Positions 13,447-25,000 of a stretch of DNA of 64,000 bases are shown here, piece after piece. Position 1 is the stretch's first letter. Each line of letters opens with the position of its first letter. The notes beneath the pieces were generated by a model. The model saw nothing but the letters and a program-made list of their open reading frames with translations, was not told the origin of the DNA and ran no database searches. This DNA comes from Tubulanus polymorphus (Eukaryota; Animalia; Nemertea), in NCBI RefSeq assembly GCF_964204645.1, contig NC_134033.1:16128655-16192654 (forward strand). The letters run 5' to 3'. A program made the translations under genes and the position numbers.

Positions 13447-14488
13447 CGCATCTATTGAATTATCAGAAACATCTAAAAGCTAAAACATTCTAATATTCTG
13501 TTACAAGATCCCGAACCGTTATGAAAAAGAAATCTCGTTTTTCTTTCTGGCCCCCCTCTCTCTCTCCCTGCCTTAATCGGGAAAAAAGGAATCTCCAACG
13601 TCCCAGTTCCACGGTAGTGTGAGTTAGAGTCGAGTCTGAGTTGTGAAATCAGTTCGTTTCAGAATTTCTAATCTGGTCTGTTTCCGGCACTGCACGCAAA
13701 CTGCGGATTAATACGAACCTGATCACACACGCACACACACGCAGACTTCTAAATACTACTTTCATTTACTAAGTGCTTCCGATGCTAAAACAAGATCTGT
13801 ACCAGCTCCGTGACATTACGTGTGTGTTATTTATCAATTATATTCATGTAATGTCTCATATTTGTTGCATTTGTTGCTCTCGACATGGAAGGAGTAATTT
13901 GATGCGTCTGGAGATAGTGAATTTTATATCCCCGTTTCGTTGCTACACGTAGCTGGTCTCAGAGGTGCCTTTGCATTCCGAAAATAACACAGAAAAAATC
14001 GAAATGATAAAGGCAAAATTCAGAGGGGCTTCGGAAGCAATTTTCGATTGGAGCGGCCAAGTAATCAGGGAGAGTCAGTGCGAGAAAGTGGCGTGTGCCT
14101 TTAGTAGATTATGGAATTTCAATAGCTTTACGACGGCGCAATTTGGGGCCAGTAGAAATCTTGAGCCTGTACCGGCTGAACACGAGTCAGTGATACAGCC
14201 GCGATACTGGGCTCCAGACCCTGTCAAGGGAAGCTTGGCACAACTGTGGAAATATCCCGATTTACAAACGCAAACAACAGAATTGGAACCCAAAAGTTTA
14301 TTAAGTTATGTAAAAGTGTAACTAAAGATATAATTACGACACCCCAGCTGTTACAAATCTGTGCCGAGACCGATGTGGTCGCGCCGCCGCCTGCCTGGAA
14401 AGAGAGCGAGTCCCACTCGCCGTCGCCTTATATACCGGGCTGACAATAGAAGTAGATCGACTGTGCATTCTTTTCATGACAGACCCGA

Positions 14489-14720
14489 ATCCTCGCTTGC
14501 CAGGGTTTGATTGCCTCTCGCCGATGCTCACGCCAACTCAACCCTGGCCGAAAATTTCCTTCGTCGGTCTATTACACCGCTCAAGATTCTTGGGCGGACG
14601 GGTCACCTTAACGGCCACCAGTCTATATATCAAGCCAATGAGATGCGTTGTTTCTCAAATTAGATTCGCTCTATCGTCAAAACCACGCATCTGATTGACT
14701 AGACGACTGGTGACCGGGAT
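14489..14720. mobile_element. Left half of a foldback MITE related to 63121-63413
   Basis: ATCCTCGCTTGCCAGGGTTTG terminus, plus GGTCT-TTACACCGC and CACCAGTCTATATATC-AGCCAAT segments, match the 63121 element. Confidence 0.7.
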
Positions 14721-14816
14721 GACTGGTGACCGGGACGACTGGTTACCGGGATGACTGGTGACCGGGACGACTGGTTACCGGGATGACTGGTGACCGGGAC
14801 GACTGGTTACCGGGAT
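14705..14816. repeat. 16-bp minisatellite x7 with 32-bp higher-order alternation
   Basis: GACTGG(T)(G/T)ACCGGGA(T/C) units start at 14705, 14721, 14737, 14753, 14769, 14785 and 14801. Confidence 0.95.
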
Positions 14817-14911
14817 GACAAGTGACTGGTGAATTATCATCGACGCCAAAGAAATTAAAAAAGAAACAAAAACTATTCGAGAATTATTCCATACGTGTAT
14901 TCAATGGATAT

Positions 14912-14917
14912 TTTATT
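14912..14917 (-). promoter_or_regulatory. Polyadenylation signal (distal 3' end)
   Basis: AATAAA on the minus strand, about 160 nt after the stop codon at 15078. Confidence 0.6.
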
Positions 14918-15077
14918 GTGTGTAAAGTGATACTGACGTCATATACAAGTGTGTACTACGTGTGGGAAATCGACGACTAAAAATGGTCTCGTTCATTCTC
15001 GTTCCTATCGCGCGTAGGGAAGGAACGGGATCTTTGTGAAATTAAACTTTTAAACATTCGGTATAAAACGCGGTTAA

Positions 15078-15364
15078 TTACGCGTTTTTCTGTTGCGGTA
15101 CGAGTGCTCCGGCGCGGTTAGCTTCCTCCAGCGTCATCGGGGCGGTCGTGTTCTTACCGGCAGCCGGCGGCGCGGGCGGCGCTGCTCGTTTAGCGCCACC
15201 AACGGTTGGTGTTGGTACAGCAGCGCCACCACCGGTTGGTGTAGGTACAGCTGCACCCCTATCGGTTGGCGTTGGTACATCAGCGCCCTCACCGGTTGCT
15301 GCTGCTGGTACTGGAATAGTATCGGCTGGTTTAGGCTGCGGTTGTAGTGCCGGATTACCAATCC
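15078..15364 (-). CDS. Terminal exon of the Cys micro-exon array: Pro/Ala/Thr/Gly-rich tail
   Basis: Acceptor TTTCAG| at 15365, phase 1. Encodes GIGNPALQPQPKP...(GAAVPTPTGG)x3-like...PQQKNA*. Confidence 0.85.
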
Positions 15365-15569
15365 CTGAAATCAGAGATGATACAAATATCATTATATCGA
15401 GTATTTCACACGACGGATCGTAAAGAATCTTATTCAAAGGCGAATCACAAGGCAATGTGATGTTGTCATAAGGGGAATTTTTTTGGTATTTTTTTACTGT
15501 AAGGTTCTATCGATCAAGCTTTACTTCAAGTAGTAACTTGATCGATAGAAAATTACGGAGTCCTAGCAA

Positions 15570-16000
15570 TTTGATGATGTCATAATGGAATTTGTGTAGA
15601 GACAGACATCATTATTCGGAGGTGTTATAGATAACACGGTATTTTGATGATGTCATTAGGGGACTCTTGTGGAGGTAGCCATCTTTATTCGGATGTTCTT
15701 TAATTTGATGACGTCATAAGTAGAATGCCCCGGAGGCAGCCATCTTTATGCAGAGGTTCTTAGATAACTGGGTATTTTGATGATGTCATTAGGGGACTCT
15801 CGTGGAGGTAGCCATCTTTATTGGGAGGTTCTTCAATTTGATGATGTCATAAGGGGACTCTCGTGGAGGTAGCCATCTTTATTGCGAGATTCTTCAATTT
15901 GATGACGTCATAAGGGGACTCTCGTTGAGGTAGCCATCTTAATTGGGATGAGGTTCTTCAATTTGATGACGTCATAAGGGGGACTCACGTGGAGGTAGAC
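15570..16000. repeat. Intronic ~60/73-bp tandem repeat, ~7 copies
   Basis: Unit TTTGATGA(T/C)GTCAT(A/T)AGGGGACTCTCGTGGAGGTAGCCATCTTTATT...; it runs right up to the donor of exon 16013-16060. Confidence 0.9.
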
Positions 16001-16012
16001 TATATAGCTTAC

Positions 16013-19000
16013 CGACACAGTTACCGTGGAAAACCTGTGAACCAGGAGGACAGTAGATTCCTGCGAACAAAAGCAAAATAAAATATCGATAAACGAAGAA
16101 ATACATGATTATGATTGATGGGATTTTTCTCCCGGGAATTTGTTGTCGAGTTTGCGGCCAAATCACCTTCAAACACGAGCTCAGAGTTATTAACTATCAT
16201 AAAAACAGCTGCCTTTTAAAACAAACACACACGCGACGGATTAATGACCAAATTACTAAACGCTGAACAGAAGAAAAAACGTTGAAATAACAAGTCGTTT
16301 TAGGGAACTAATCAGAAACAAAGCAGATACTGCGTACAAATTTACGAATTTTAACAGAAGTCAATGGCGTCGCAGGAGATCTTATAAGTGAAGACGCTCA
16401 ACGCGTGTTCAATGCAGTGTTCGGGCGCCACAATTGACCTTGAACTTGAATTACGGATGTGGATTCGTATCTACCGGAACTGAATTAAGTGTAGACGCTA
16501 CTCGAGTACGAAAAGTGGTTTTCGTCGAACCGGCCGCGTCCATCGACACACGGGTCTGACGAGCTCGTTTACACGTAGCTAATATAACGATTTCCGCAAT
16601 GCAGTGTTAGTCTTAATAAGCTCCTTCAAATATTCAGCGTAAACCGCGCAAAAAAAACGCTCAAGCGGAGTTGGGCGAGTTATAAATAAACGTACAAAGT
16701 AGTTATATTTTTAAGGAGGAACAGTCGTGACGCGTCGACAGTAGTTAGACTTATGAATAATTGAATAATTTAAGCGTTGGAACGAACGACCGACGCCATT
16801 AGAGATAAGTCTGAGAGAACTCTCCGTCAGAAATTGATCGCTCTGAGAATCTCCGCGCAGAGATCGGTTTAATTGCCTTATTATGTTTATAGCTGAATCG
16901 AAAAAAAGTCGAACGTAGATAAGATATAACGTCTGACGCGTTTCAGAACTCGACTGCCATGTATTGATAACAGATCTTAACGGCGAGATTGAGTATGACG
17001 GGTTGTTAAGATTTGATTCTCAGAGTTCTGATTGAAAATGATCTGATCTTGATAGTTGTCGACGAAAATCCCCTGGCTAAAAAAATCAAATGAAATTTAC
17101 CAACCAAATAAATAACAGGGACAATCCCTATTTTAAGATTAAAAAAACCCCATAGGTAAAAATCCCCAAATCTTCGAATTAGGTCTTAATCTGATGAATT
17201 TGAACTAGACTTACGAATGCATCTGCCGTGAGAAACGAAGAATCCGGTGGGACAGTGAGACACTGAAAATAAACAACCACATCGTATAGATCACACAATG
17301 AAATCTATAAGGACCGGGTAAATCGAACTCTATCGTACAGAAAGTAATTTGTAAGGTTTTACTGGCATGTAATACATTGACGTAGCTGTAGCAATCATAT
17401 AAGGTTGGAAACCCGTCAATAAAATATTTTTTCTTTTCTCTTCATAAACCCCAAAGGTTTGCAGATCAATGATACTGCTTGGCAGAAAACCCATTATCGC
17501 TGCTTTGCGGCTATATTCAGGTTTGCTAGGGTCTACGCAGGAGCTGTGGTTCTATTTACTATACTTACATTCACAACGTCCGTTTTCAAAAGAGTAGCCG
17601 ACCGGACAATGCATAACTGAAAATCGATTCAAGAAGAACATATCGTTAGGATAGGATACACCGAGCGGACATCTGCGATTATGATGAGAGGAAGTACGAC
17701 TTGAAACAAAACTTGTTTCCTTTAACAAAACGGACAAAATCTAGCGTGAATTCGTCAAAACATGTCGTGTACCCAGGAGTCGTTAACTTATCGCGTGCCC
17801 CGCGATTTTTACTTATAAAATCCGATTTTGGAAAAAGTGAAGGAAAAATCGTGGCAAACACAAGCTATTATCCGACTTTCGCCGATCCGACATACGCGAG
17901 ATTACTGTATCAACAAATATTTAAGGAAAATATGGCGGAATGTTATGATTCGATAAGGATTTATTTTCTTTTCGTAAATCAGATGGTTTAACGCTAACCT
18001 CCACACTTGTTGTCGACTCGCACGAACGTATCCGGACACGACTTCACTATTATTGAAAACAACACGCAAATAATCAAATTAGAAATTAGAATTTCAGAAT
18101 TTCTTCTAAACGGCGTTGGTTAGGCATACGTACGTTTACATTGGAAGCCGACACTGATATATCCGGGCGGACAATTCAATTCTGTAATATACGATATGAA
18201 TAATTTATGAAAAAAAGAATTTCCTCCAGGTGTCAGTTTCACAAAAACGATATCTCATAAATCGATTTAGATAAATTGAATTTATGAAAAAATTGAATCT
18301 ATAAATAGTTGAACCTTCTTATGAAACTAGAACCCGGTAGAAGTAGAATTTGCATATTAATGCATACATTTGCATACGATTAAAAGCTGAAAATGGTTGT
18401 TGTCATTTTCTCTAGATGCCAGATTGCATCGCGCGCCTAGATATCTATACTAATACTATTTTCTGATAAACTTACTGAAACATTTTCCGTTCCTGTTCTC
18501 CCAGCCTTTCGGGCAAGTTTTCGCTGCAAAAAAAAAACAACGATCGAAATTTACCGAATCACGAAACGTAGAAATAGGAAACTTATCGACGAATCGTCAT
18601 GGAATATTTCCTATATTATTCACATCTATTTATCATTACAAAAAGTGAAAATAGGAAACTTATTCAAATTTAAGTTTCCTATTTTCACTATGAAAACTTG
18701 TTTTGGAATATTTCTTTATAACATTTATATCTATATAGTTATAGATATAAATGTTATAAAGAAATATTCAAAAACAAGTTTTCATGAATAGATCTATTCG
18801 TTCTAGGCTCAGTATGGCTCGGTAGGCTCAATAACTTATCTCACAAATTAAGACTGTAGTCTCAGAGAGTTCGTGTTTTACACCTTAACTTAACGTACCC
18901 TTGCAATGCCCGTCTTGATGAATGTAGCCGACCGGGCAGTGAACCCCTGTAATACAAAATACAGCAATTAATTAGGCTTTTCTTTTTCTAGCCCTGGTTT

Positions 19001-22000
19001 TCCCATTTATAGCTCTTGGGGAAATTTGCCTCGTCGATTGTACAACGAACAGCCGCATGTTTTCGCATAGATCAATCATTTACTTACTATAGCAGTTACC
19101 GTTTTCTAGTACAAAACCAGCGGGACATTGACGAACTGTAGAAATAGAAAATTACTCTTTTCGTACAAGAATCAAGTAGAAGGCATCAGATGTTTTATAG
19201 TCTAGAAACCTACTGTGGCAGTTGTGGGAGTGGGGGACGGGCGTGTGCCAATCTGAACACATTACATCTGCAAAACGAATGGATAAAGTTGAAAAAGTCG
19301 AACTAAACTTCGTTTTCGGTGAATTCAAGATCAGATAAATAACTTACGTAGGCATTTTCCATCGCTCTTCCAATACCCAGCAGGACAGTGAATCACTGTG
19401 AAAAAGAAATCCAATGTGAATTTACGTGAATTGAACTCTTACCATGGAAATTTCAGAATAAATGGAAATTATTTTTGGAACAAAGACACCTACGGACGCA
19501 ATGGGAGTCGACTGCTTTGTAACCAGGCGGACAGTATAACGCTAAAACCATCGAACGAAATAAAATCATTAAAACAAATTGAATAGAATTATTTCGTGGA
19601 CAATAAACAAACGCGTTTTGAATGCTTTAAATACCTTCGCAGTGTCCTAATTTCCTAACCTCACCGGCCGGACATGTTCCTGCGATAGACAGACATTTTC
19701 AAAGTATCACCAATATGTATTAAAAAGACCCAAAATATTGAATATAACGCTCAAGATTGGGTAGAATTTTTCGCATCTTCAGAGATCTATTTTAATAACA
19801 ATAAATCCCCGAAGATGTCCTGGGTAGATGCATTCCACCCGAAACATCAGGGGCCGGTTTTACTGACTGGTATTACCTTCAACCCGGAGGCTAACTCAAT
19901 TCATTATCAATTGAGTTAGCCCCGGGCTAAAAGGTAATACCAGTCTATAAAACCGGCCTCAGTACAACAGATTTTCGTCGTTAAATCTTTAATATTGTGG
20001 GTGCTTTGAATAGACTACACAGATTGCGACTTTGTTAAGTGATTTTGGCATCAAAATATCATCAAACATTCTCAAGAAAATTCATTCATGAAATGAAGTT
20101 CTAAATATCGCGGGTCGAACTCACTGCTGCATTGTTGGCCGATCTTCTCATAACCGGGCGGACATTTCTGAACTGTAAATTGAGAGAACATATTTTTCTA
20201 TCACGTATTTCAAGCTGTATTTTCAAAAAAGAAACCTTTCATATACTAACTCTTGTTTTTCTGGTCATTCCACCTGATGATGGCTGTTAGTCAACAGCCG
20301 AAACGTTGTGGTTTCGTAATAATAAATTTGATAGTATAATTTCAAATTCGAAGTGTGGGATTTCTTCATTTATCTCATTGTCATGTTGTATACTTACGTT
20401 CACAGTTTTGGTTGACAATGACGTAACCCCACGGGCAGTTCAAACCTTAAACATATGAAGCAAACATAGAAGAGAAAACATAGTCTGAGAAATAACACAT
20501 CTACAGGTCTAGTTAACATTATCTCAGTGACCTGTTACTCAAAAGTTGAATATATGGAAGAAGGTTGGTACCAGGGAGGTCTCTGGGGCCGGTTGCATAG
20601 TCATGGCTTAGACTTAAGACCAGTCTAAGACCAACTTACTTCCATAGCAAATCTAACAACTTCAGACCAGTCTTACGATTTAAGACCATTTTTGGTGCAA
20701 CTGGCACCAGGAGTTTACCAATGGATATTTGGCATTTTAGTGGAAATCCTTTTGAGCAACCTGGCCTAGAGTTCGAAATATGTAATTCAAGCAATTTTCT
20801 CCACAGGAAAAACTTACGGACGCATCGATTTCCATCTTTCGTGAAACCGCGAGGACAACTTTCCACTGGATGAGAAAGTAGAAAGAATTCATTGGGATTC
20901 GAACCCAATTGAAATATTTCACAAAAAAATCCGCTATCGAAAATAGAAAACATTCTATTATTACTTACATTCACAGGTTTTATTGTGAGGGTCGGGTATG
21001 TATCTATGGGGACATTCCAAAACTGAAAATAAAAAAGAAAAGTCGAGGTCTTCAAAACCATCATCTGTGATTCTTATTGCTAATCTCGCTTTCTCGTCTG
21101 GATGGTAACGTAGCAACTGTTTCGGTGATCAGCGCCTAGCAACGCCGAACTCAGAACTACCGAAAATGAAAGGCGCAGCAAAATGACTGGGAAATCCAGA
21201 CCGATTCGAATCCAGAGAAAACAACTCTCAGATACAGCCCTGTTAGTTCCCAGAAAACGAAAAACATGCGATGAGTCTATGGACGAGATTTGTATCGGGA
21301 CGAAACGGCACCGACAAGACGAGACGGTGAAAGATATCCACATTTACCCGAATCCGGACCGCACAATCTGTTCGCTTTATGACCAGTGGAACGTGCCATG
21401 CGCTAGGCGGTCGCCTCTGAGAGGTACACAGTGCACATCTATAGCTGTAAGTATGTCATATAGAGGTCACGTGACGTCATATTTTGTTTTCCGGTCGGTT
21501 CAATTCAATTTATCTTCAAACAAAGCATGATACAAGATTTGTCAACCAGTGCTGGAGTCTTTCCGCCATACAAAGTAACAAAAGATATTCTGTGGATTTT
21601 CAAACTTCGTGGTCTGTCATGTCAGACTCTCGTAGTTTGTACTCTCCCAGTTCCACAGTTGTGAGTTAGAGTTAACTCTTGAGTTAAAATCAATTCATTT
21701 TCAATCTCTGAGTCAAATTCAACTCACAACCTGTGGAAGTGCTGGATCCCGATCAATTTTTGCAAGAGGCGCAGTGGCCGAGTGGGTTAAGCCGCCGGTC
21801 ACTGGTCTCGTCAATCCAGGGTTTATGGGTTCAAACCCTGGTGGCGACAGAGTTTCTCGGTCGAAGGTTCTTCTCTGGTCTCTCCCCCATTGGGAAAAAG
21901 AAACGTCGAACCGCTCGTCATGCCCTACGTGGCGCTTAGCGGGTTGAGGGTGTTAAAAAAAAAATCATTTATTGCTGTTATGTACGGCAAGTTTTTAGCA

Positions 22001-25000
22001 CTGGTTAGCAAATAAACTACTATGACGTCACGTGTCAGACCACACTATACATAAAGGATATTAGGAAAACAGAGCCATTTGTAATTTGTATTTTCAATCA
22101 TCGGATATATTCACATTTCAAAATCTCTTCTCGAATATTCTGTCGTCGCAGGTACAGGCGGTTATAGCTTCGATTTTTAAACCGGTAAACCGTTGGAACA
22201 GCGACGATTTGGATCTAATTCTCTGCGACGGACACAAACTACACGTATCGGCGATCAGACAACTGAACGACCGATGTATCTATCCGCAGGGGAACTTCTT
22301 AATGCCCAGCGATATACCGACTGAGTTGATCACAACGGGCGTACCCCCGGGAAAAAAGGTTTTGATAAGCGTCGTTCATTAAGTGCTGATGCCAGTTTTA
22401 TACAGTTCGAGTTGGATAATGTAGCCTAACCTACACATTGGTCGACAAAAACTATAAAACTGGGTTCAGCGGTAAATTACAGAAAACATAACAAATGAGT
22501 CTTTTTCAAGCCAATTTCGAATGAGTTTCGCAGTTGTGTTAAATTTGAACTCAGGATCGAGTTTCCCACTGTTGTGAGTTAGAGTAAACTCATAACTCTG
22601 GATCCAGTCCCACAGTTGGATCCACTGTTAAAGCTAGCTCTGAGACGAGCGAAGTCCGCTGAACTCACAACTGTGTACTAGGCCTGGGCAGAATTGTCTA
22701 ATTCCATAAATAAAATCTAGGTGGTATTTGGCGAAGGTTTGGTCGGAATGATTTCATTAGAGGAGGTCGCTGAAGAGATCGCCGATTTCGTGGACACATT
22801 CCCGTGCGCTTTCCGGAAGGCGATGGCTCCTAAATACATAGGTATTTCATCCGTTGATGCGTTCTTCAGAATTTCGAATCTTTGATTGATTGGAACAAGC
22901 TCTAACTGGTTCTCCTCTCTAGGTGCCATTTTGACGGCGAATGACGAATCGGTGGCCATATTGAAATCACGTGATCGACGCTATCCGTATATGGTGTTAG
23001 ACTCGCACAGACGAGATCGTCACGGATTGTGTAGACCGACCGGTCACGCGGTGTTACTCGCGTTCGAATCGACCGATCATCTTATCAGGTAATCAGACAT
23101 TCGATTTAAGATTTAAGATAATTCAAGGCTGCAGACTGGATACCTATGGTGTTGTGCTACGAACGTGTCACTGAAGCCGGGATCACACGGGCATTTTTGG
23201 CCCGGGCCAAATTTTAGCACGGTTCAAATTATTGCGTGTGAAATGCAACTGGTTCCGCGTTTTCTGCGTGGTTTGCGTGTGTCTGTGAACGCGTTCTCTA
23301 AATAAGCGCGAGCCAAATTTGACTCGGGCCCGATCCGTGCAAGTTTGGCTCATGCCAAATCGTCTCCGTGTGATCGCGGCTTCGTCGAATATATCTGATT
23401 CGGTTTGTATCTGCCAGCCATTTTGTTTCAGATATTACCGGGAACTGGACGAAGAAAACCGACGGCAATTTCAACTGACCCCCGTCTTGATAGCAGACGA
23501 TTTCGACGAGAATGAGTGAAAAAATAGAGAAAAAATCAAAAACATGTTTCGTTTTCAAATAATTCGAGGAGCCTGGTATAAAATCGACAAACGTGAGAAC
23601 GGGTAGTTCTGTGTAGGTTTTAACTGATTCTGTTTGAAATTACGAGCTTTCGCTACTACTGCATAGTAGCTTTATTGACCTAAATCTACTAGTTTATTAC
23701 ACAGTTATATCTGTCTTTATGTGTATCGATTTCAAATGATTCACTGAACTCACCGACACAGTCGTTTCCTTTCATTTCAAATCCAACTGGACATTGCACT
23801 CCTGAAATTAAAAAAAAAAAATGTTTATAGTATTAAGGCATCGTATTTCGAAGAATTCATTCTCATTACTTTCAAGCCTAACCCGTTCCCTTTCAAGCCT
23901 AACCCGTTCCCTATAGCACCCCTCTACTTACTGTGACATCTCATGCCGACCAAATGGTACCCAGGAGGACACATAATCTCTGAAAATGGTTCACGATGGT
24001 TTTGTAAATGAAAAAAACGTAGGATTTGATATCGATGATTTACTACTAACAGTGACACAACTTACTCAAACAGCGGTTCTTGTGAAGTTTATATCCTTGC
24101 GGGCACCGGATTCCTGATTAGAAAACAAAGAACATTAATATCTCAGAAATGATTTCTAATATCGTTCAAAACTCAACGCAATTTCTCCGATTCAGCTGAA
24201 ATACTCACGGATACACTTGTTGCCTTTGATCAATTTGAAATCTTTCGGGCAAATTATTTCTAGAAAGAATAGTACGTGATGAAACGTTACATTCAGTCTC
24301 ATTTCATTGTCTATAACAAATCCTTTCCGAAAAGACGGAGACATCATAAAAATTTTATTTTATTTTCCGACTGATTTGAAATTAGTTTTTACGATTTCAC
24401 TTACTGTAACATTTATCGTTGAGTTTTGTATATTCCTTTGGACAATGGTCAACTGAAATCAAATATATAAATCAATCTTGAATTACGACCAAGCGATGAT
24501 CCTAAGGATTGAACAATACACAAATATTACATTCTGTTTCTAGAAAAAGATAAAAGGAATTCGTGTGAAAACTTACGAACGCATCTGTCATCTTTAAGTA
24601 CGTAATATTTCGGACAAGTTATTTCTGAAAAAAAAATGAAACAATATTCAGTGATTTATGTGTTCATAACGATACAACAGCGCACAGTTGGGTCCCGCAA
24701 TAAAATAATCACTCAGGAACGCTTGAAGAAAAACGCTTAGTTGGAGGGGAAAAGCTAAGACAGCATTGATGTTCCGAAAGTCTTTGAAAATGTTTGAAAA
24801 TGGCTCATAATACTTGAGTGGAAACGTCTGTAGTTTTTTGTTTTTCTATTTCATCGTGGGTTTTCCATCAAATAAGAATATAGACACTTACGTATGCATC
24901 TGTGACCAATTTTCTTGTAACCTTTCGGGCAATCCTTCACTGAAAATGACGATGATTATACCGAAATAAGTGAGAAGGAAATGAATTCTAGATAACTCAG

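Noticed and set aside
21766-21845. Possible tRNA gene
   Set aside because: A and B boxes are present but there is no proper acceptor or anticodon stem, and it continues into a body and A-tail, so it is a SINE.
21023-23753. Autonomous Helitron or endogenous herpesvirus around the DUB gene
   Set aside because: No Rep/helicase or other viral ORFs in the intron or the window, and the gene has spliceosomal introns.
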